Shown: positions 9,757-18,787 of the stretch, one piece after another
Layout of the letters: each line of letters opens with the position of its first letter
Position numbering within the stretch: the first letter of the stretch is position 1
DNA from: an uncultured Candidatus Saccharibacteria bacterium
GTDB taxonomy: Bacteria > Patescibacteriota > Saccharimonadia > Saccharimonadales > Saccharimonadaceae
NCBI GenBank assembly: GCA_947087275.1
Contig: CAMUBZ010000003.1
Coordinates: 9,132-73,131, forward strand
DNA: 64,000 bases
Reading direction: 5' to 3'
Notes under the pieces: generated by a model
The model's input: only the letters and a program-made list of their open reading frames with translations
What the model was told of the DNA's origin: nothing
Database searches by the model: none
Program-made: the position numbers and the translations under genes

Positions 9757-9987
9757 GTGCGCAGCGGGTATACCTATTTGCCTAATACTGCTGGTACATT
9801 TAGACTTGCGGCTAGTGTTGCAGAATACTGGTCATCGCGCGCATCCAGCACACGATTTGATGGAGTAAATGTATCTAGTGCTTACAAATTTGAGTTTAGT
9901 AGTATTATCAATCCTTCTAGTGGCCCAGATGCTAGAGCATATGCTTTCCCCCTCCGCTGCCTTAGTACTGTATTAGGTATGTAGGAG
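9757..9987 (+). repeat. orphan FISUMP/DUF1566-like C-terminal cassette, copy A
   Basis: Runs from GTGCGCAGCGG to CCTCCGCTGCCTTAGTACTGTATTAGGTATGTAGGAG. Open frame VRSGY...YWSSRA...AY...PLRCLSTVLGM*; no SD. Confidence 0.9.
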
Positions 9988-10075
9988 TATGAGAGAACAA
10001 CATGTAAGCATGTTTACATGTTGTTCCGAATCGACGCTCATACCAGACGACGTTAGTCGCCTGGCTATGTAGGAG
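9988..10075 (+). repeat. 3' add-on module (two hairpins) ending in a second TATGTAGGAG
   Basis: Hairpins at 9995-10026 and 10043-10064; direct repeat TATGTAGGAG at 9978-9987 and 10066-10075. Homologous modules follow copies C, F and H. Confidence 0.75.
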
Positions 10076-10105
10076 TGAGAGGGGAGCAGGCACCAATATA
10101 GCGCC

Positions 10106-10133
10106 AAAAAGAGGCTCACGTGGAGCCTCTTTT
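10106..10133. terminator. bidirectional intrinsic terminator (downstream of fusA)
   Basis: AAAAA-GAGGCTC-ACGTG-GAGCCTC-TTTT. Confidence 0.7.
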
Positions 10134-10148
10134 ACAAGCACTGCGATT

Positions 10149-12248
10149 TTATTTAGTATTGCGCTTCTCAATAATATCGGCAGCAACGTTTGGTGGTACT
10201 TCCTCATAAGCCGAAAGTTCCATCGAGCTAGCAGCGCGGCCTTGGCTCATGGAGCGCAAGTCGCTGGTGTAGCCGAAGAGGTTGGCTAGTGGGCAGAATG
10301 CCTTGATGAGTTTGGCACCACCGCTGAGGTCTTCCATACTGTCGATACGGCCACGGCGAGAGTTGATATCGCCAATTACGTCACCCATGAATTCCTCTGG
10401 AGTGGTGATTTCAAGTTTCATGATAGGCTCAAGCAGGACTGGATTGGCTTTCTTGATACCTTCGCGAGTAGCAAGACTACCAGCAAGTTTGAAGGCAAGT
10501 TCGTTAGAGTCGACATCGTGGTAGCTACCGTCATAAAGAGTAGCTTTCACATCGACAACTGGATATCCAGCAATTACGCCACCAGCAAGAGTTTCTTCGA
10601 TACCCTTTTGGACTGGCTTGCGGAATTCTTGAGGCACCACGCCACCCTTGATCTGGTCGATAAATTCAAAACCTTTGCCAGGTTCGTTTGGCTCAAATTT
10701 AACCCAAACATCACCGTACTGACCGCTACCACCGGACTGCTTGACGTGCTTACCTTGGGCTTCAGCAGTACCACGAATAGTCTCGCGGTAGGCAACCTGA
10801 GGAGCACCAGTGTTGGCTTCGACGCCGTGCTCTTTGTTGAGACGGTCGATAGCAATTTCGAGGTGAAGTTCACCCATACCAGAGATGATGGTCTGGCCGG
10901 TTTCTTCGTCGGTATGCACGCGCAAGGTTGGGTCTTCTTCGACAAGTTTTTGCAAGCCAAGACCCATTTTTTCTTGGTCGGATTTAGTCTTTGGTTCGAC
11001 CGCCACAGATACTGGAGGATCTGGGAAAGTAATGTCTTCGAGATGGATTGGGTGAGCTGGGTCACAAATAGTGGTACCGGTAGTGACATTCTTCATGCCG
11101 ACTACGGCGGCGATATCACCAGCACAAATCTCGGTGATTTCTTCACGTTTGTCAGCAAACATCCGGACAATACGACCGATGCGCTCCTTGTCACCAGTGG
11201 TGGCGTTGAGCACGGTGTCGCCAGATTTGAGTTTGCCGGCATACACGCGGATGAAAATCAGTTTACCGACGAATGGGTCGGTAGCAATTTTGAAAGCAAG
11301 AGCAGTCAATGGTTCCTTGTCGTCAGCTTTGCGGATAACTTCGTTACCAGTCTTAGGATCAATACCAACGGTTTGGCCTTGATCACGATCGAGTGGGCTT
11401 GGTAAGTAATCTGTCACGAGGTCGAGGACCTTCTCCACAATCACACCACGGCCGTCACCACCAGTGACGAGGAAGAAGTCGCCATCAAGCACGCGCTTAC
11501 GCAAAGCAGCCTTGAGTTCAACTTCGGTGATAGCCTCTTCGCCTTGGTTGAAGAATTTTTCCATTAGGGCTTCATCGGCCTGAACGGCTTCTTCAACTAA
11601 GAGTGAACGAGCATTCTTGGCTTTCTCGAGCATATCAGCTGGGATTTCACCAACTGTGAGTTCGTGATCAGCGTAATCTTTGTAGGTGTAAGCCTTCATG
11701 TCGATAAGGTCGACCACACCGCAAATGTCTTTTTCAAAACCAATTGGCAAGTGAATAGCGACAGCATTCTTGGACAAACGCTTGTGGATACTATCGAGGG
11801 ATTTGTAAAAATCGCCACCGATCTGGTTGATTTTGTTGATGAAACAGATGCGAGGCACGCCATATTTGGTGGCTTGGCGCCAAACCGTCTCGGACTGAGC
11901 CTCAACGCCCATCTTACCATCAAACACTACCACGGCGCCGTCAAGCACGCGAAGTGAGCGTTCCACTTCGGCAGTAAAGTCGATGTGGCCTGGGGTGTCG
12001 ATAATGTTGATTTTGTGATTTTTCCAGTAGACTGTGACAGCAGCAGAAGTAATGGTAATACCACGCTCTTTTTCCTGTTCCATCCAGTCGGTAGTAGCGC
12101 CACCGGTGCCGCCCTTCACTAGGTCGATTTTGTGCTTGAGACCAGTACGATAGAGGATGGCCTCGGACGTAGTAGTCTTACCCGCGTCGATATGGGCAAT
12201 AATCCCAATATTGCGGAATTTTGATAGGTCTTTGACTTCACTTGCCAT
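10149..12248 (-). CDS. fusA: elongation factor G
   Basis: G1 AHIDAGKTT and G3 DTPGH motifs, full five-domain length (699 aa). Confidence 0.95.
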   Translation of the reverse strand: MASEVKDLSKFRNIGIIAHIDAGKTTTSEAILYRTGLKHKIDLVKGGTGGATTDWMEQEKERGITITSAAVTVYWKNHKINIIDTPGHIDFTAEVERSLRVLDGAVVVFDGKMGVEAQSETVWRQATKYGVPRICFINKINQIGGDFYKSLDSIHKRLSKNAVAIHLPIGFEKDICGVVDLIDMKAYTYKDYADHELTVGEIPADMLEKAKNARSLLVEEAVQADEALMEKFFNQGEEAITEVELKAALRKRVLDGDFFLVTGGDGRGVIVEKVLDLVTDYLPSPLDRDQGQTVGIDPKTGNEVIRKADDKEPLTALAFKIATDPFVGKLIFIRVYAGKLKSGDTVLNATTGDKERIGRIVRMFADKREEITEICAGDIAAVVGMKNVTTGTTICDPAHPIHLEDITFPDPPVSVAVEPKTKSDQEKMGLGLQKLVEEDPTLRVHTDEETGQTIISGMGELHLEIAIDRLNKEHGVEANTGAPQVAYRETIRGTAEAQGKHVKQSGGSGQYGDVWVKFEPNEPGKGFEFIDQIKGGVVPQEFRKPVQKGIEETLAGGVIAGYPVVDVKATLYDGSYHDVDSNELAFKLAGSLATREGIKKANPVLLEPIMKLEITTPEEFMGDVIGDINSRRGRIDSMEDLSGGAKLIKAFCPLANLFGYTSDLRSMSQGRAASSMELSAYEEVPPNVAADIIEKRNTK

Positions 12249-12339
12249 AAGTTCGTGTTCCTTTTTATCCTTTTTCTAGACATTAAAAATAGACTTTTCT
12301 ACATTTTAACATAAAATTTAGGGATTTGGTAGGGGTATT

Positions 12340-13996
12340 TTATAGAATTGGCGGCTGGTCGGTAGAGAGGAGGTATAACTTATGTTTGGCACGGGTCAAG
12401 GCGACATAAATCAAACGTTGTTGGTCGGCAATCTCTGCTTCCCTAGTATCGCCAAAAAGTTGAAAAATCGTAGCATGCGGATGTTGACTCTGGATAATAT
12501 CGCGGTTCATTTCTAGCAAGATGACAATATCCGATTCAAGCCCCTTGGATTTATGCATGGTCATGCAACGTACCTGCTGATTAAATGCAGTTGCGGACAT
12601 AATTCCCTGAGCGGACACGAGATGATGCAGGGCTTGCAGGAATACCTCAAGCGTAATGCCGTCAAACGAAGTAAAATTATGGCGATGCAGAAGCATAATA
12701 TCGTTATGAGGATGGCGCTGGATAATGCGCAAGACTGATTTGAGCAATTTGGCCGCACCGATGGGGATTTTCTCGGGTGGGATCTTCCCGGCGGTGGCTT
12801 GGCTGAGCGCTAGCAAAATCTGTCCGTCACCCAAACAGTCTTCGGCTAAGTCGCTTCGGTCAAAACGCACTTTGTTGGGATTATAATGGTAAATTTTGCC
12901 ATGCTTACGGCTGAAGGCCCGAGCAGGAGTGGCTTCTGGGTTGTAATTAGTGAGCATATACCGATTTGCGCGTTCCACAATACGCCGATCGCTACGGTAG
13001 TTGGTGGCAAGCGGAATATTGACTGGGTTTTCAGGGAAGAATTGGGCGAAGTTAATAAAATAGTTCACATCGGAACCGGCAAAACGGTTGATAGCCTGCC
13101 AGTCATCGCCCACACAAAACAGGTGTGCCTCCGGCGTAATCCTACGCATGGCCTGCACTAGAGCAAAGAAAAGATAGGAAAAATCTTGATATTCGTCGAT
13201 CAGGATGTATTTGAGCGGGCGAATGCGTCTACGCAACACATCAGGGCAATTTGAAGACAATAGAAGTTCAGTGGCGGTTGCCATAAGGAGATTAAAGTCG
13301 ATTTTGGGTGCGTGGAGCGCCGCTAGATACCTGCGATAGACATCCAGCGAAACTTGATGAAACCGAATATTTTTGGCAAAATCTGGCTTGTTATGATGCT
13401 CAGCACAATATTGTGATGCCTGAGACTCTAAGTTTTGCAGACCCTGATAGCCAGGGTAATATTGACCGGCGCGCGTAATGAAGTTGTTAGTGATACTAAG
13501 GAGTTCTAGTTGATCTTTGGGAGAAAGTTTAAGGTGAAGTTCTTCTAAGGTTTGTTGTAGGAGTTGAGCGATAAGCGCGTCATGTTCCTCGGTACTAATG
13601 ATTTCCGGACGTTCGCCGGCAAGTTTTACGAGGTCGAGGGCGAATTTGTGGAAGGTGGAAGCGGGAGAGATATTGCGAGCACTGGCCGAAGAAATGCTGG
13701 CGAGAGGAATATTATCCACTTTAACTTCTGCAATCCGCTGGTTGACCTCGGCCGCGGCGGTGCGGTTGAACATAAAAATGGCGATTTCGTCGAGGTTAGC
13801 CAGGCCGTGAGCCACCAGATAGGCAACTTTAGCTACGATGACGCGAGTTTTGCCCGAACCCGCTCGTGCTGTGACCAAAGTATTCTTATGATGATCAATC
13901 GCAGCGCGTACTTGATCATCGTCTAGGGTGTAAGGCTGACCAAAAAGTGTAACGTGGTCGCGAAACCAGTTACTGGCATCCAATACGCTATTCAAG
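12340..13996 (-). CDS. UvrD/REP/PcrA-family ATP-dependent DNA helicase (start uncertain)
   Basis: Walker A ARAGSGKT, DEYQD, TMHKSKGLE and YVALTRAK motifs. The long-ORF N-terminus (13997-14118) runs through RNA candidate E2 and is probably not translated; likely TTG/GTG start near 13996. Confidence 0.8.
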
Positions 13997-14107
13997 CACA
14001 AAGTCCTTCCTGGGTGACGTGTCGCTCGGGCCTGTCGTGGCAGGCCTCGCGCACTGCATGCTCGCCCGTGGGCTCCGCACCCACCCAGAAAGTTCTTTGC
14101 ACTTGAA
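13991..14107 (-). ncRNA. structured GC-rich intergenic RNA candidate E2 (related to E1)
   Basis: 13-bp closing stem (13991-14003 with 14095-14107) has two G-U pairs only on the minus strand. Second stem 14010-14016 with 14082-14088; core hairpin GGCCTG-TCGTGG-CAGGCC at 14029-14046 is shared with E1. Confidence 0.45.
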
Positions 14108-14118
14108 CTGCATATCAA

Positions 14119-15537
14119 CTATTGCAATTTCTTTCGCAGGATTTCTTGTACTGAGCTCGGGTTGGCCTTGCCCTTGGATTCTTTCATCACCTGTCCAACA
14201 AGGAAGCCCAAGACTTTTTCTTGGCCAGCCTTATAATCCGCTTGCGCTTGCTGAGTTTCGGGCTTGGCGAGCACGGCATCAACAATCGCTTCAAGTGCGC
14301 CCAAATCGTTCTCTTGTACTACGCCCAGTTCCTTCGCAATCGTGTGCGTATCTTTGTAATGCATTTCGGGATCAAAGAATTTGAGAAAAACTTCCTTGGT
14401 GCCAGTACTGGATAGCTCATTCTTGGTGTTCATCGCTACCAAGTCAAGTAGTTGGGTTTTGCTCGGCAACTCATCGTTGAGCAAACTAGTGTTTTCTTCG
14501 GCCAACAAGACCGACGAAAAGAGGTTAGCGACTTTTTTGATGGCTGAACTGTCTTCAAGTTCGGCCAACTTCCGCATCAACTGTGGATAATCTAACAAAA
14601 CTTCAATCAAATCTGTTGGCAAAATTTCGGCAAACTGCTGGCGATACCACATTGGCATCTTGGGCAAATTCTGGCGTGCTTGTTCGACGTCGTCAGCGGA
14701 TAACCTGAGTGGCGGGATATCAGGCTCGGGCATATAGCGGTAGTCGGCCGCACCCTCTTTGCTACGTTGGCCAGTGGTCTCACCAGTGGCGTCGTTCCAA
14801 CCGCGGGTTTCTTGAATGACTGTCTCGCCTTTTTCCAGTAACTTGGTTTGGCGTTTGATTTCGTATTCCACCACACGCTCCACACTGCGGAAGGAGTTGA
14901 GGTTCTTGATTTCGGTCTTAGTACCAAGTTCACTGCTACCTTCTGGAGCAATGCTAATATTCACATCAAAGCGCATATTACCATTATAGAGGTCGCCAAA
15001 AGTCACTCCGGCATAAGTCATCACGCGCCAGAGTTCCTTGGTATAATCGCGGGCATGCGCCGCACTATGAATGTCGGGCATGGAAACGATCTCGATGAGT
15101 GGAGTACCAGCGCGATTGAGGTCAATCAAACTATAAGCACTCTCGTGAGTGGACTTGCCGGCATCCTCCTCGAGGTGAGCATGCTCTACCCGGACTTTGG
15201 TGCCGTCGGGTAGTTCTACGTAGCCCTCGCCAATAATTGGATGGAAGAGTTGTGTAATCTGATAGCCCTTGGGCAAGTCAGGATAATAATAGTGTTTGCG
15301 GTCAAAACGACTTTCAAGATTAATCTGGGAATTCAGTGCTAAACCAGCCCGAATCGCAAACGGAATTGCTTCCTGATTAAGTCGCGGCAACATACCAGGC
15401 AAACCATAATCCACGGGCGAAACACAAGAGTTAGGCTCTTTGCCGCGCGCATCATTATCGACTTCGGAAAAAAGTTTGGTCTTAGTACAGAGCTGTACAT
15501 GGCATTCAATACCAATTGTAGGAATGTATTTTGTCAT
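14119..15537 (-). CDS. gatB: Asp-tRNA(Asn)/Glu-tRNA(Gln) amidotransferase subunit B
   Basis: Full-length GatB pattern (IGIECHVQL, RFDVNIS, C-terminal YqeY-like tail). Confidence 0.93.
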   Translation of the reverse strand: MTKYIPTIGIECHVQLCTKTKLFSEVDNDARGKEPNSCVSPVDYGLPGMLPRLNQEAIPFAIRAGLALNSQINLESRFDRKHYYYPDLPKGYQITQLFHPIIGEGYVELPDGTKVRVEHAHLEEDAGKSTHESAYSLIDLNRAGTPLIEIVSMPDIHSAAHARDYTKELWRVMTYAGVTFGDLYNGNMRFDVNISIAPEGSSELGTKTEIKNLNSFRSVERVVEYEIKRQTKLLEKGETVIQETRGWNDATGETTGQRSKEGAADYRYMPEPDIPPLRLSADDVEQARQNLPKMPMWYRQQFAEILPTDLIEVLLDYPQLMRKLAELEDSSAIKKVANLFSSVLLAEENTSLLNDELPSKTQLLDLVAMNTKNELSSTGTKEVFLKFFDPEMHYKDTHTIAKELGVVQENDLGALEAIVDAVLAKPETQQAQADYKAGQEKVLGFLVGQVMKESKGKANPSSVQEILRKKLQ

Positions 15538-15956
15538 TAGATAGCCCCCAAATCTTTGAGCGCTTGGCGGAAGGCGGCAAGGGCGCGACTGACTTGACCA
15601 TAATCAACTTCAAAATCGTCGTCATGTGCGATTTGGTTGCGCATCTTGTGCGCTGCCCACACTGCATTAGGTTTTTCAAATCTGTCCGTTACACGCTTGA
15701 GGCGTTCACCCATGGTCTTGCCTGGGAGGCCGAGTTCGTTCAAAGCACGATCAAGCAATTTATCCGCAGCGATTACTGACATTTCGTATGTCCGGGGGTC
15801 GTCGCGCACGAGGCCATTTTCGATCTTGAGCCACCGCGTCTGATATTCTTCAACATCAAAAGCATGGCTGTGGCGACCAGTCAAGGTCATGGCCAAAAGC
15901 GCCAAAATCCCTACCGCGACAATCGCAATTACCAAAAAGATTACCGGTGAACTCAT
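15537..15956 (-). CDS. hypothetical membrane-anchored protein inserted between gatA and gatB
   Basis: N-terminal TM helix (VIFLVIAIVAVGILALLAM); ATGA overlap with gatB. Confidence 0.55.
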   Translation of the reverse strand: MSSPVIFLVIAIVAVGILALLAMTLTGRHSHAFDVEEYQTRWLKIENGLVRDDPRTYEMSVIAADKLLDRALNELGLPGKTMGERLKRVTDRFEKPNAVWAAHKMRNQIAHDDDFEVDYGQVSRALAAFRQALKDLGAI

Positions 15957-15957
15957 A

Positions 15958-17337
15958 TTATGCCTCCTCTAGTTCTTTTGCAAATTTAATTAAACTTTGG
16001 TCGCTACGGCGTGGACCCACCAACTGCAAGCCCAAATCTAGGCCACCCTCAGTCTTGCCAGCCGGAACCGTGAGACCAGGCACGCCAGCCAAGTTGAGCG
16101 AGACCGACATTACATCTTCGAGATACATCGCCACTGGGTCATTGACCTTTTCGCCGAGCCTAAAGGCTGGGCTGGGGCTAACTGGGGTGAGGATAAAATC
16201 ACACTGTTCAAATGCATGTTTATACTCGTTAATAATCAGTGTGCGCGCCTTGGCGGCTTTGAGATAGTAGGCATCATAAAACCCAGAGCTAAGCACAAAA
16301 TTGCCAATCATAATCCGGCGCTTATTCTCGGGCATAAAGCCTTCGTCTCTAGTATTGCCATAAAGTTCACCGAGGTGAGCTGAGTTTTCGCTACGGTAGC
16401 CATAGCGGATACCGTCGTGCCGCGAAAGATTACTCGAAACCTCAGCTGGAGTGATAATATAATACACTGCCAAAGCATATTTGAGCGCAGGCATTTCTAA
16501 CTCTACAATTTCATGCCCCTTAGACTGAAGCAACTCGACTTTACGTTGCAAAGCCTGGCGGATTTCTGGCGCCACAGCGTCATTGTCAAAATCTTTGATA
16601 ATACCAATTTTCTTGGGGCCGTCTGTTGCTGGCTCTTGGCCATAATAATCAGGCAAGGTGGTCATATCATACGGATCTTGCCCGGCGCACACTCGCATGA
16701 GCAAGTCCAAATCCTCGGCGTCTCGCGCAAAGAAACCAACGCAATCCAGCGAAGAGGCCATTGCCACCACACCATAGCGGCTAATTGTGCCATAAGTGGG
16801 TTTGATGCCATAGACGCCGTTAAAACTAGCCGGTTGACGAATCGAACCACCAGTATCTGTGCCGGTGGCAAAGGGCACAATCCCGAGTGCGACTGCCACG
16901 GCCGACCCGCCAGAACTACCACCAGCCACGCGCTCCAAATCTTTGGAGTTCTTGGTAGGACCATAATAAGAGTTCTCGGTACTTGACCCATGAGCAAAGG
17001 CATCCAAGTTGGTGCGGCCAATTACAATCGCGCCCTCGGCTTCTAGTTTCTTGACTGCCGTAGCGGTGACTGGGCTAGCAAAGCCATTCAGAATCAAGGC
17101 TGAGGCCGTAGTCTCGCCATCCGGGCTGAGGAAGTTATCTTTGATGGCATAAGGCACGCCAGCAAGGCGCCCTACATCTTCGCCCCTCGCAATGCGCGCA
17201 TCTATTTCTTTGGCGCGTTCGATTGCTGCATCGTTAATCCAGGTGAAAATCTGGTAATCGTCTTGATACCGGTGTGCCTTGTTGAGCGCTTCCTGCACCA
17301 AGCTGACCGCACTAATCTCTTTACTCGCAGTTTTCAT
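15958..17337 (-). CDS. gatA: Asp-tRNA(Asn)/Glu-tRNA(Gln) amidotransferase subunit A
   Basis: Amidase signature GGSSGGSA and catalytic-region pattern. Confidence 0.93.
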   Translation of the reverse strand: MKTASKEISAVSLVQEALNKAHRYQDDYQIFTWINDAAIERAKEIDARIARGEDVGRLAGVPYAIKDNFLSPDGETTASALILNGFASPVTATAVKKLEAEGAIVIGRTNLDAFAHGSSTENSYYGPTKNSKDLERVAGGSSGGSAVAVALGIVPFATGTDTGGSIRQPASFNGVYGIKPTYGTISRYGVVAMASSLDCVGFFARDAEDLDLLMRVCAGQDPYDMTTLPDYYGQEPATDGPKKIGIIKDFDNDAVAPEIRQALQRKVELLQSKGHEIVELEMPALKYALAVYYIITPAEVSSNLSRHDGIRYGYRSENSAHLGELYGNTRDEGFMPENKRRIMIGNFVLSSGFYDAYYLKAAKARTLIINEYKHAFEQCDFILTPVSPSPAFRLGEKVNDPVAMYLEDVMSVSLNLAGVPGLTVPAGKTEGGLDLGLQLVGPRRSDQSLIKFAKELEEA

Positions 17338-17340
17338 ATT

Positions 17341-17628
17341 CTATAATACCTTTGGAACTTTGATTTGATAGTCGCGTACTTCCCTAGTGAGAGCCAGAAG
17401 CTGCTCGCGGTCCGCCTCTTGAGGCCGAATTTCATCTGGACGCCAGATATTTTCCATTTCGAAGACTTGATAAGTTGGCTCGATACCATCCGTGTCAAGT
17501 TCATCAAGTTGCGAAATATAGCCAATAATCGACCTGAGATCCCCCTCCAGAGCAAGGCTTTGTTCTTTACTAAGTGCAAAATTGGACAACTTAGCCAAAT
17601 GCCCAATAGTTTCCTGATTAACTTCCAT
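17341..17628 (-). CDS. gatC: Asp-tRNA(Asn)/Glu-tRNA(Gln) amidotransferase subunit C
   Basis: 95-aa protein directly upstream of gatA with the GatC pattern (LAKLSNFALS...DELDTDGIEPT). Confidence 0.85.
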   Translation of the reverse strand: MEVNQETIGHLAKLSNFALSKEQSLALEGDLRSIIGYISQLDELDTDGIEPTYQVFEMENIWRPDEIRPQEADREQLLALTREVRDYQIKVPKVL

Positions 17629-17658
17629 GTATATATTATACTACAGGCGGCGCGCTAC

Positions 17659-18291
17659 TTAGAGATTTTCTCGGATTTCGGGGAACAAATCATAGACATT
17701 ATGACCCAAAAGACCGTCAATCTCGGATTTGAGCCTAAGTACAGCCAGGATACAATTTTGCGTCCCTGCCCAAGTACCATGGCGGCTCAAGACATCCACA
17801 ATCCGTTTGTCGATTGTCATGACGCTATATTTACACATCAAATCACACAGGATCACAACCTTTTCGCTAAGCGAATAGGTGTACTGTGGGAGAAAATCAA
17901 AGATTAGTTTGTCGCGCACCGGGTCGGGCGGAGTGCTAAGGATACAAGCCGGGTCATTCTCAGGATAAGAGTGCACGAGGCAGATGTTGCAGTAGTCTTC
18001 CGGAAAACCTTGCGCTTTCAAAAATTCGTAACCATTTATGATATGGTCGCTACCTGGACCGATGAGCCGGCCGATATCGTGCAGGTAGCCTAAGGTGCGC
18101 ACCTTATCAACGTCGAGGTCAAAGCCCTTAGCCTGGAGAGCGGTAGCAATCGTAGCGGCAGCATCACCCACACAGATTGTATGCCGGAGCGAGCTGAATT
18201 CAGGATCAGGCGAGAGTTGTTTGAGGAGCGTTAGGACAGATTGGCTGGTTGGTAGTACGTCTTGAGGTTGGCTAGGACTATTCGGCTGCAT
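17659..18291 (-). CDS. HD domain-containing phosphohydrolase
   Basis: HD motif LGYLHDIGR. Start taken as ATG at 18291, overlapping the MerR-family stop. Confidence 0.65.
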   Translation of the reverse strand: MQPNSPSQPQDVLPTSQSVLTLLKQLSPDPEFSSLRHTICVGDAAATIATALQAKGFDLDVDKVRTLGYLHDIGRLIGPGSDHIINGYEFLKAQGFPEDYCNICLVHSYPENDPACILSTPPDPVRDKLIFDFLPQYTYSLSEKVVILCDLMCKYSVMTIDKRIVDVLSRHGTWAGTQNCILAVLRLKSEIDGLLGHNVYDLFPEIRENL

Positions 18292-18643
18292 GTGTAACTT
18301 CCTCTTGTCGTTCAATAAAATCGATTGCCTTTTGGCGAGTCTCAATCTCGTGCCAAAGTTGGCGTTTGCGGGTAGTAAGCATAGCCAAGCGCTCAGCCTC
18401 AGTACTAGGACCTTGACGATAAAGGCGTGAATATTGACGAATTTCCTTAGGACGGAAACCAGCTTGCTTCATACCTAGTAAAACTCGGGCTAAGTCCACC
18501 TGCCAAGGTTCCAAAATCCGACGATGACGCTGATCGCGACGCACGTGGGGGATAAGGCCTTGGTTGCACAAATTGGTGATTGAATATTTTGGCACGCCAA
18601 GAGATTCGCTAGCATCCTTAATAGTAAGTTGGATTTGACTCAT
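18278..18643 (-). CDS. MerR family transcriptional regulator
   Basis: N-terminal winged HTH (LTIKDASESLGVPKYSITNLCNQGLIP) followed by a coiled-coil dimerisation helix. Confidence 0.8.
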   Translation of the reverse strand: MSQIQLTIKDASESLGVPKYSITNLCNQGLIPHVRRDQRHRRILEPWQVDLARVLLGMKQAGFRPKEIRQYSRLYRQGPSTEAERLAMLTTRKRQLWHEIETRQKAIDFIERQEEVTHAAE

Positions 18644-18649
18644 GTTTAT

Positions 18650-18655
18650 ATTATA
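18650..18655 (-). promoter_or_regulatory. -10 box TATAAT 6 nt upstream of the MerR-family ATG; candidate leaderless promoter
   Basis: Minus strand reads TATAATATAAACATG. Confidence 0.4.
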
Positions 18656-18670
18656 GTTGATTACGTCTAA

Positions 18671-18767
18671 AACTGAATAATTTTAATATTTTTATTCAGT
18701 TTATCTTTTATGCCACCCCTGTTATTACGGAGGATTAACTGAATTATTTTGCCTTTTTTATTCAGTA
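18671..18767. promoter_or_regulatory. two 31-bp palindromic operator candidates (AACTGAATAA-N11-TTATTCAGTT)
   Basis: IR1 at 18671-18701 is perfect; IR2 at 18737-18767 has one mismatch. Centres are 66 bp apart, and IR1 overlaps the -35 region of the MerR-family promoter. Confidence 0.55.
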
Positions 18768-18787
18768 GTGTTATCGTTATGCGCCAC

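Noticed and set aside
9757-9987. Group II intron, because the 5' border starts with GTGCG (the GUGYG consensus) and the downstream hairpin with a 1-nt bulge vaguely resembles domain V.
   Set aside because: The elements are only about 200-300 nt. They keep an open reading frame with protein-level conservation. They lack the AGC triad/GNRA domain V and any intron-encoded protein.
10518-11405. Long antisense or alternative-frame ORFs inside fusA, rpoB, rpoC, leuS, gatA and tig (for example 10518-11405, 22286-22999, 26886-27596, 39877-40446, 59431-60087).
   Set aside because: They lie opposite or out of frame within strongly supported conserved genes. They have skewed, low-complexity composition and lack start signals. 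These are typical shadow ORFs.
13997-14118. N-terminal 40 codons of the long helicase ORF (MICSSSAKNFLGGCGAHGRACSARGLPRQ...).
   Set aside because: This GC-rich, Cys/Gly/Arg-rich translation coincides exactly with the structured element E2 and lies 1 nt from the gatB stop. The helicase homology starts further downstream, so the extension is treated as non-coding.
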